Shown here: piece by piece, positions 57,012 through 64,000 of the stretch | Position numbering within the stretch: position 1 is the stretch's first letter | How the letters are laid out: each line of letters opens with the position of its first letter | Assembly (NCBI GenBank): GCA_965215005.1 | Contig: CBDCCZ010000004.1 | Span: forward strand, 224,001-288,000 | Direction of reading: 5' to 3' | Length of the DNA stretch: 64,000 nucleotides | Source of the DNA: Kofleriaceae bacterium | Lineage (GTDB): Bacteria; Myxococcota_A; Polyangia; Haliangiales; Haliangiaceae | Made by a program: the position numbers and the translations under genes | Notes under the pieces: model-generated | Databases searched by the model: none | Told to the model about the DNA's origin: nothing | The model's input: the letters and a program-made list of their open reading frames with translations, nothing else

Positions 57012-57174
57012 GCGGCGGACTATATACGCGAGCAGGCAGCCGCGCTCTTGCATCGCCTGACGATAATGCCGCACGCTGATGCGCTGAGTGGGCGTCCAGG
57101 CACGGAAGGCACTCGCTCACCCTGATACATGATTTCGCGATAGCCGCGGCCAGAAGCGCCCCATCCAAGGCTTC

Positions 57175-57660
57175 TCAGCCGACCGAGCCGAGCCGCCGCC
57201 GCCGGCCACCGCCAAAGATCGGCAGCTCCTGATACGCGTCGAACGACGCGCTCGTCGCGGGCAACTCCTCGACGTGCTCGCCCAGGCTGCGCACCATGCC
57301 TTCGACGATGCCGTGCCCGGGACTTGCTGGGCCATAGTGTTGCAAATACGTGGTGTAGCGACTGAGGTGCTCGAGGAAGAAATATCGCCTCGCCGAGGGC
57401 GGTAACGTCGGTGGCACGACCATCGGCAACCCACTGCGACTGGCAAACAGCTGCACCACGCGCTCACCGAGGCGGCGCAGCGCTCCTTCATCGAAGCGCA
57501 GCGCGATCAGCGCCGTATCCAGAGGCGGCGCATAGTAGCCATCGACACCAGCGAGCTGGCCGTCATCGAGATCCGCGAGGGGGCGGGTGAGAATCGCAAA
57601 CTCGCGCACATTGTCGCGAAACGGATGCATCACCAAGAAGACATCGTAGGTGCTGCCCAT
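57175..57660 (-). CDS. Hypothetical protein
   Basis: ORF with protein-like composition filling the gap; no family recognised. Confidence 0.55.
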   Translation of the reverse strand: MGSTYDVFLVMHPFRDNVREFAILTRPLADLDDGQLAGVDGYYAPPLDTALIALRFDEGALRRLGERVVQLFASRSGLPMVVPPTLPPSARRYFFLEHLSRYTTYLQHYGPASPGHGIVEGMVRSLGEHVEELPATSASFDAYQELPIFGGGRRRRLGSVG

Positions 57661-57892
57661 GCGGGAGCGTCTCGCAGCCCCCATGCCGACCTATAGGCTC
57701 GTGATCGCGGCCACGTCTGTTTCGCGATGGGTTTCCAATGCGCGATCAGCACGCTTCCGCGAGTCCCTCTCGGCTGCCGCGCGCCGTGGGGCCAAGCCCT
57801 CAATCGGGGTCTCTGGGCCACGGGCGGCCGGGCTCGTCCCGCCTCAAAGCTGTGCGTGCCAACGGCGACTACTGCCGCACACTTCCAGGGCC

Positions 57893-58252
57893 ATGAGCGC
57901 GAGCAAGCGGCGGCGCATTCTCGACATCATCGCAACCGATCGCACCTTTGAGCTGCACGAGGCCCGCGGCACCACAATCTGGGTGGGCAAGTGCATTCAT
58001 TGTGGGGTCAGGCTGTTAGTCGAGGCAGACGGCACGCCTATCAGTCGAGCCACCATCGAGCACATCTGGCCGCGCAACCACGGCGGCACAGACTCGCTGG
58101 ACAACCTCGCGCTGGCCTGTGCGGGATGCAATCGTGAAAAAGGCCGCCGCCACGACACCCGCCGCCGCACCGATCCACGGCTCATCGAGATCACTGAGCG
58201 ACTGCGCGAGCGACGTCGTGAGCGCTGGCGGGAACCGGTGCCTCGCTCGTGA
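57893..58252 (+). CDS. HNH endonuclease family protein
   Basis: CIHC..TIEHIWP..GG....NL..AC..CN..KG. Confidence 0.88.
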   Translation: MSASKRRRILDIIATDRTFELHEARGTTIWVGKCIHCGVRLLVEADGTPISRATIEHIWPRNHGGTDSLDNLALACAGCNREKGRRHDTRRRTDPRLIEITERLRERRRERWREPVPRS

Positions 58253-58629
58253 CGGGCACGAGCATCCTGCGCGGATGCCGCGCCGCCGCGGCGGCTCCTT
58301 GGCGGTCGGCAGCTGGCGTGTTAAGGTGCAGCACGAATGACGAACGCGTGAGGTGGTTCCCTGCGGTGGTGAGCCACGCGTCGACGTAATCGTGCGTACG
58401 GCCGACTTCGCGCAGGAGCCAACTGAGATCAATCGCGTAATGCTGCGAGGCGACATAGGCGTTGAGCCGACGAGCTCTAGGCAAGGCTGCTCGTTGCGCC
58501 GCACCTATCGCTTCGCTTGCACGCGATCGGGCTCCGCGCGCCCGCGTTCGTTAGGGTCGAGCCAGTCGCTCGATCGATGCTCGCACCGGCGACGCCATTC
58601 AAGCGCGCCAGTCGATAGGAGGTCCGTTC

Positions 58630-58869
58630 ATGGGAGCGAATCGTCAACCAAAGATCAGCAAGCGCCAGCGCGAGCTTTCCAAGAAACGCAAGCAGCAAGA
58701 GAAGGCTGCGAAGATGGCTCGCAGGCGGCAGTCGCGCGATTACGCCGGAGATGACGCTCCGCCCAACGTCGATCCCGATATCGCGCACATCGTCCCGGGT
58801 CCCCAGCCGCAACCGTGGATGGAAGACGACGACGGCGGTAGCGAAGAAGCGCGCGCCCAACGGATCTGA
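58630..58869 (+). CDS. Small basic hypothetical protein
   Basis: AGGAGG RBS; KRQRE basic helix and DPDIAHIVPGPQP tail. Confidence 0.7.
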   Translation: MGANRQPKISKRQRELSKKRKQQEKAAKMARRRQSRDYAGDDAPPNVDPDIAHIVPGPQPQPWMEDDDGGSEEARAQRI

Positions 58870-58884
58870 CGTACGCTCCGCCGC

Positions 58885-59685
58885 ATGACGCTGCGAGACT
58901 TGTTCGAGCGCATGTGGGCGGGCTACTGCGCGCTCACTCCGCAGGCGACGCGTGTCCACGCGCTCCTGGCCGCGAGAGGTGAGCTGGTCCACAACGACCA
59001 TGTCGCGCTTCGCACGTTCGATCGCGCGCCGGTGGGCCTCGAGGCCCTGGCGCGCGTGTTCGTGGCCGCTGGCTATAAGCCGGGCGGCGAATATCACTTC
59101 CCCGAAAAGAAGCTGCGGGCTCGTCACTACGAGCCACCTCACGTCGACCTGCCCAAGGTGTTCATCAGCGAGCTCTGCGTGGCAGAGTTCTCAGCGGCCG
59201 CGCAAGCGCGAATCGATGCACTGCTAGCCGCGGTGCCCGCCGACCTTCCTTATCGCGATGACTTCGCCATCAGCGGGCGGCCGTGGTCGATTCGTTTTGC
59301 CGAGTATCAGTCGCTCCTGCGCGAGAGCGAGTACGCGGCGTGGGTGAGTGCGTTTGGATTTCGCGCCAATCACTTCACCGTCGACGTCAATCGGCTGCAG
59401 ACGTTTGCTTCGCTCGAGGAGGTGACTGCGTATCTTCAGAGCGAAGGCTTTCGCTTTAACCATCGCGGCGGGTTGATAAAAGGATCGCCGGCGTTGCGGC
59501 TCGAACAGAGCTCGACCATGGCAGACGCGGCGTCCGTGTCGTTCCGCGACGGGGAGCGCCAGGTGCCGTCCTGCTACTACGAGTTCGCGCGTCGCTACCC
59601 ACTGCCGAGCGGCGAGCTGTTCGCGGGTTTCATCGAAGGCTCCGCTGACAAACTGTTCGAGAGCACTGACGCCGCGGCGCGATGA
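58885..59685 (+). CDS. DUF1338 family protein (HglS/YdcJ-like 2-oxoadipate dioxygenase/decarboxylase fold)
   Basis: NDHVALRT, PKVFISEL, ESEYAAW, NHFT, LEQSSTMA, YYEF. Confidence 0.85.
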   Translation: MTLRDLFERMWAGYCALTPQATRVHALLAARGELVHNDHVALRTFDRAPVGLEALARVFVAAGYKPGGEYHFPEKKLRARHYEPPHVDLPKVFISELCVAEFSAAAQARIDALLAAVPADLPYRDDFAISGRPWSIRFAEYQSLLRESEYAAWVSAFGFRANHFTVDVNRLQTFASLEEVTAYLQSEGFRFNHRGGLIKGSPALRLEQSSTMADAASVSFRDGERQVPSCYYEFARRYPLPSGELFAGFIEGSADKLFESTDAAAR

Positions 59686-60794
59686 TGCACGAGGCACCAG
59701 GCGCGCTCATCTACCTCAACAACGCCGGCACCAGCTGGCCCAAGCCCGCCGCCGTCCAGCGCGCCGTGGAGGCGACATTGGTCGCACCGCCGCCAAATTG
59801 GCAGCCGGCGCTCAACGATGCGCAACGGTCAATCGCGGGTTTCTTTGGCATCAGAGACCCCGCGCGACTCCTGTTCACGGGCAGCTGCACCGCCGCGTTG
59901 TCTACGGTGCTGGAACGGCTGCCTTGGCAACCCGGCGAACGGCTCATCACCAGCACGTTTGAGCATCACGCGTTGGGACTGCCGGCGGCGCGGCTGACTG
60001 CAACCCGCGGCGTCGAGCATCTGGTAGCGCCGCCGCAAGGCGAAGCGCCGGTGGACCTGCAATGGGTCGAGGACGCGTTGCGCCGCGGCGGGGTGCGGCT
60101 AGTGGCGATGAGCATGGCCAGCAACGTCACGGGGGCGCTGCTGCCGATTTCCGCGCTCGCGAGCTTGGCGCATCGCCATGGCGCGTTGCTGCTGGTCGAT
60201 GCGGCGCAAGCGGCGGGGGTGGTGCCGGTCGACGTCGAAGCGCTGGCGGCCGATATCATGACGTTCGCCGGCCATAAAGGGCCGCTGGGTCCGCACGGCG
60301 TCGGTGGGCTGTATATCGCGCCGGAGGTGGAGCTGGCGCCGCCTGCGCGAGAGCACTCGTTCGCAGGTACCGCTGCGTTGTCGTACTGCGACCTCGGCTC
60401 CATCAACGCTGCCGGCGTGATGGGAATGGCGGCGGGGATTTCGTGGCTGCGCGAGCGCGGCATGGATGCGATTCGCGAGCGAATTCGCTTGCGCACGGCG
60501 CAGTTGCTCGCGGGGCTCGATGCCCTCGATGGCGTGACGATCTACGGACCCACCAGCGCCGATTCGCGTGCGGCGGCAGTGTCTATCACGGTTGCCGGCA
60601 TCGAGGTAGCGGCGCTCGGAGCAGAGCTCGCGGCGGCTGGCGTGGTGGTCTCGGCTGGCAAGCAGTGCGCGCCGATGTCTCACGCCGCCCTTGGAACATC
60701 TCACGGCACCGTACGGCTGAGCGCCGGCCCGATGACCAGCGCGGCAGACATCGACGGCGTGCTGGAGGTTCTGCGCGCGCTCGTGCGGCGCTGA
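59682..60794 (+). CDS. Class V PLP enzyme (cysteine desulfurase-like)
   Basis: YLNNAGTSWPKP, EHHA, SNVTG, DAAQ, GHKG, G..CAP, GTVRLS. Confidence 0.88.
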   Translation: MMHEAPGALIYLNNAGTSWPKPAAVQRAVEATLVAPPPNWQPALNDAQRSIAGFFGIRDPARLLFTGSCTAALSTVLERLPWQPGERLITSTFEHHALGLPAARLTATRGVEHLVAPPQGEAPVDLQWVEDALRRGGVRLVAMSMASNVTGALLPISALASLAHRHGALLLVDAAQAAGVVPVDVEALAADIMTFAGHKGPLGPHGVGGLYIAPEVELAPPAREHSFAGTAALSYCDLGSINAAGVMGMAAGISWLRERGMDAIRERIRLRTAQLLAGLDALDGVTIYGPTSADSRAAAVSITVAGIEVAALGAELAAAGVVVSAGKQCAPMSHAALGTSHGTVRLSAGPMTSAADIDGVLEVLRALVRR

Positions 60795-60945
60795 GTCTCG
60801 ACGCCGCGGCAGCGGACCCTATCCGCCAGCCGCGCTGTACCGCGAGCAGCCGTCGCGGCTGTACAACCGATATCGCATCGGCTAACCTACATGGGTCGCT
60901 AGCGCTTGCGGTAGCGACGCCGCCGGGAAGAAAGCGTTGCTGTTG

Positions 60946-61755
60946 ATGACCGTTTCCCAGACGGGTTCGCTGGCATTGTTGTGTTCGCTGTCGTTCGCGC
61001 TGTTGGGTTGTGCGAGCGCCGACTCAGACGCGGAAGCCGGTCCCGACGCGGCGCTGCCGTTCGACGTCTCCGGTGACGGTGGCGGCTTACCTACATTGCC
61101 CACCGACCCATCGGATCCCACGGATCCCGTCGATCCAGCTGATCCGGGCGGATTCGCCGATGCGGGCACGCCAACTCCTCCGGGGCCGGGGATGGCTATC
61201 GTGCTCTCGCAAACGACGTCCACGGAAATTGGCGAACCCAACTACATCGCCTGTCTGCGCGCGAACCCGCAGGTTCATGCGCAGAGTAGCTATTATCGCG
61301 TATTCAATCTCGCGCAGTACGGCGTGGGCTCATCCGTCACCATCAACAGCGTGCGCCTCGGAGTTCGAGCGGCTATCGCCGGCGGCCAGAGTCAAACCGT
61401 ACAGGTTCGCCTGCACACCTTGGCCGGTGCGCTAGACGAAGCCAACTTGACGCTGCTCGCCAGCGCTACGGCCACGGTCACCAATCAGGAGTACTCCCTG
61501 CTGGATGTGCCGATGCCCGCGCCGGTGCAGGTGCCTGGCACCGCGAACCTGGTCATCGAGGTGTACGTGCCCGATGGCACCGGGCAGGGCAACGTCTTCG
61601 TGCCCGGTGGCAACGGCGCTGGTGAGACCGCGCCGACCTATTACCGGTCACCAACCTGTCGCTACAATCAAATCGTGTCGATCCCCGCCATCGCTGCCGC
61701 AGGCGATCCGCCGCGTCACCTCGTCATCGAGGCGCACGGCACGGCGGCGCCCTAA
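60946..61755 (+). CDS. Hypothetical lipoprotein with Asp/Pro-rich linker and beta-rich domain
   Basis: LLG-C lipobox, DPSDPTDPVDPADP linker. Confidence 0.75.
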   Translation: MTVSQTGSLALLCSLSFALLGCASADSDAEAGPDAALPFDVSGDGGGLPTLPTDPSDPTDPVDPADPGGFADAGTPTPPGPGMAIVLSQTTSTEIGEPNYIACLRANPQVHAQSSYYRVFNLAQYGVGSSVTINSVRLGVRAAIAGGQSQTVQVRLHTLAGALDEANLTLLASATATVTNQEYSLLDVPMPAPVQVPGTANLVIEVYVPDGTGQGNVFVPGGNGAGETAPTYYRSPTCRYNQIVSIPAIAAAGDPPRHLVIEAHGTAAP

Positions 61756-61756
61756 C

Positions 61757-62782
61757 TCACGAGAGCCCAATGAGCAGCAGTGTTGCGACATAGATTCCGA
61801 GCATCGCAACACCTTCGAAACCAACGCCTCCAGGACCTCGTCGCTGGCGCCGCAGCATTCCGGCAAGAATGACCGTGGTGAGAAGTATCGCGGCGAGGGT
61901 CATCAGGACCTCGTCGTTGCCGGCGACGTGATAAATGGACCCCCCGCGAAAGGCGACGTCACCGACGGCGACGTTGAGAACATCGAAGGCATTGCCGCCG
62001 AGGACGCCGCCCAGGGCCAAAGTCACCGCGCCGCGGCGCACCGCCGCGATGGACGTCACCGCCTCGGGAAGCGCGTTGGTCACTCCCATGACGGCGGCTC
62101 CAGCGAAGCTTTCCTCCAGCCCCTGCTGCGTGACGAGCGAGGCAGTGGCTTGCGCGACCGCCCAGCCGCCAGCCGCCACAGCGGCGCCGTAGGCGACAAA
62201 CTGCACCGCCAAGCTGGCGGTGCTGCCATCCTCTTCGTCGGCCTCGTCGGGCTCGTCGACCACCGTCTCAGACGTGGAGCGCGGCTGCCACTGCGGCAGC
62301 TCGCGCGACTGCCGAACCAGCGCCAGGCCCCCGAGGTAGACGAGCACGAGCACAATCGACCCTGGATGAACGCCAAAGATGGCGTAGTCCGGGCTTTGGC
62401 GGATGAGCAGCACCACGCTCAACAGCGCCAGCACCACCGTCGTGAAGAGCATGTTTGGCAGCGATGCGGCGGCATGCTCGAGGTTGGCGCGTCGATACGC
62501 CAAATCGGCGACGGCGATGACCGCCGTCTGCGCAGCCACACCACCCACCGCGTTGCTGAACGCCATCTTTGGCAGACCATGGGCCGCCGCGGTGGCGGTC
62601 ATGACGATGCCCGATAGCGAGATGACTGCGCCAAAGCAGACGGCGCCAAACAGCGCTTCACCAACTCCGAGTCGGTCGGCCAGTACGTCGCCAAGTGCCG
62701 ACAGCCGCGCACCGCCGACGATGGTCAAAAGCGCCGCACCGGCCAAGACGAGGAGTGCGAGCCACAGCGGCCAGGCGCCCAT
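61757..62782 (-). CDS. Sodium:calcium (CaCA) antiporter family protein
   Basis: Two alpha-repeats (ISLSG..SNAVGG; NALPE..GGNAFD), about 10 TMs with central acidic loop. Confidence 0.85.
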   Translation of the reverse strand: MGAWPLWLALLVLAGAALLTIVGGARLSALGDVLADRLGVGEALFGAVCFGAVISLSGIVMTATAAAHGLPKMAFSNAVGGVAAQTAVIAVADLAYRRANLEHAAASLPNMLFTTVVLALLSVVLLIRQSPDYAIFGVHPGSIVLVLVYLGGLALVRQSRELPQWQPRSTSETVVDEPDEADEEDGSTASLAVQFVAYGAAVAAGGWAVAQATASLVTQQGLEESFAGAAVMGVTNALPEAVTSIAAVRRGAVTLALGGVLGGNAFDVLNVAVGDVAFRGGSIYHVAGNDEVLMTLAAILLTTVILAGMLRRQRRGPGGVGFEGVAMLGIYVATLLLIGLS

Positions 62783-63022
62783 CACCTCGGCAGGTCCCAG
62801 GCTGAGAAACAGAGGTGTTGCATTGCCGCCTAGCCTACGACGGTGAAGCGCTCCCGGGCGAGACGGTGCATGGGGCTCGTCGAGTCATCGGCGACAGCAC
62901 CGGGCATTCCCGCAGGACGCCGAGACTTCGCTAACAGCTCGTTGCAAGTGTCACTTCCCACTATGGCGGTGGTCGACCGAGGCCTACAGTGACGGCAACC
63001 TGGGCCTAGGGAGGGCTACCCG

Positions 63023-64000
63023 ATGAGACAATTGGCTTTTTGCATCTTGATATTGCCGCTAACGCTCGGCGCCACCTGCGGGGGAGATGATCCCGGCGAC
63101 ACCCCTCCGACGCCGGACGCCGGCACCCCCGATCCAGGGGATCCGCCCGAGCCCAGCCCCGACGCCGGCAGCGATCCCGCGCCCGACGCCGGCAGTGGCG
63201 GTGGGGTCGTTGGCTGCGATGGCGTTCCATTGCTGGCTAACCCCGACGATCCGGCCGCCCGCGGCCCGTGGACAGTGGGGGCGCGGACCATGACGATCGG
63301 TCGGCTCAAGACCGAGGTCTGGTATCCGGTCGCGCCGGGCGCCGAGCAGGGCTCCTCAACCATTCGCTATGACATTCGCGAGGCGCTACCGGCCTCCGAG
63401 CGCAGCAAGATTCCCGACGACAAGAACACCTGGCAGGACTGCGATTGCTATCGCGATTTGCCCATCGACGCCGCCCATGGACCGTATCCGGTGATCGTCT
63501 TCGTGCACGGGACCGGCGCGTTCCGCCATCAGTCGCTCACGCAGATGGAGCACTGGGCCTCGCGCGGGTTCGTGGTGGTCGCCGCCGACCATCCAGGTTT
63601 GTTTCTCGGTGACTTGCTGGCGCTTCCATGTCTGCAGTGGCCAAGCGGTCCACAAGACTTAACTGGCGACGTCGACGTGCTGCTGGCCGCCGTGCGCGGC
63701 AACTCCGACGAGCTGGCATTTCTCGCCGGTCGCGTCGATACCCAGCACATCGCGTTGGTTGGCCACAGCGCAGGCGGTAGCGCGGTCGCGAAGTTGGCCA
63801 ACAGGGACGGCGTCCGGGTCGTCATCCCAATGGCGGGCGCCGAAGTCGTGGCAGCCGGAGGCGAGCCGGTCTCGACGTTGACGTTCGCGGGCACCACCGA
63901 CAGCGTCGTCCCCGCCGATCGAACCATCGGTGCCTACGAGCGCTCGCCCGCTCCCAAACGGTTCGTGCTGATCGAAGATGCGGGGCACTTGGCGTTTTCC
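63023..64000 (+). CDS. Secreted/lipoprotein alpha/beta hydrolase, truncated by window edge
   Basis: Not in ORF track (no stop). GGGAGG RBS, MRQLAF..GAT-C, PDAG repeats, EVWYP, PVIVFVHG, HWASRGFVVVAADH, GHSAGG nucleophile. Confidence 0.85.
   Translation, partial: MRQLAFCILILPLTLGATCGGDDPGDTPPTPDAGTPDPGDPPEPSPDAGSDPAPDAGSGGGVVGCDGVPLLANPDDPAARGPWTVGARTMTIGRLKTEVWYPVAPGAEQGSSTIRYDIREALPASERSKIPDDKNTWQDCDCYRDLPIDAAHGPYPVIVFVHGTGAFRHQSLTQMEHWASRGFVVVAADHPGLFLGDLLALPCLQWPSGPQDLTGDVDVLLAAVRGNSDELAFLAGRVDTQHIALVGHSAGGSAVAKLANRDGVRVVIPMAGAEVVAAGGEPVSTLTFAGTTDSVVPADRTIGAYERSPAPKRFVLIEDAGHLAFS

Noticed and set aside
58191..58484. 97-aa - strand ORF in the HNH gap with a protein-like middle
   Set aside because: TTG start without RBS, overlaps the HNH 3' end, no recognisable family; at most a remnant.

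Overview
GC-rich bacterial genomic DNA, probably Myxococcota-like. This is inferred from FHA-sigma54 activators, a CorE-type ECF sigma factor, PDAG/Pro-rich lipoproteins and a J-domain/TPR protein. Bases 1-16.9 kb hold a Tad/Flp pilus locus that runs off the left edge. It has five prepilin-like genes, CpaA, CpaB, a secretin, TadB, TadC, two intact CpaF ATPases (one FHA-fused), further FHA proteins, divergent sigma54-type promoters and an adjacent FHA-containing sigma54 activator. The rest of the window carries an M20 peptidase, clpS-clpA, DUF2267, a GGDEF-EAL protein, and a copper module (Csp-like, copZ | copA, corE-like) with mirror-image ECF promoters. It also has divergent metH/cbs, an APCDD1-like lipoprotein, a recC-recB-recD operon extended by a Cys-rich mini-protein, a lipase and an FMO, DUF885, an HNH nuclease, DUF1338 plus a class V PLP enzyme, and several lipoproteins. 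Several sigma54- and sigma70-type promoters sit so close to start codons that the mRNAs look leaderless. Three genes (qor, nhaA, LysR) have single-G frameshifts that may be sequencing errors. I saw no rRNA, tRNA, CRISPR array or IS element. All calls come from reading motifs by eye; no database search was run.
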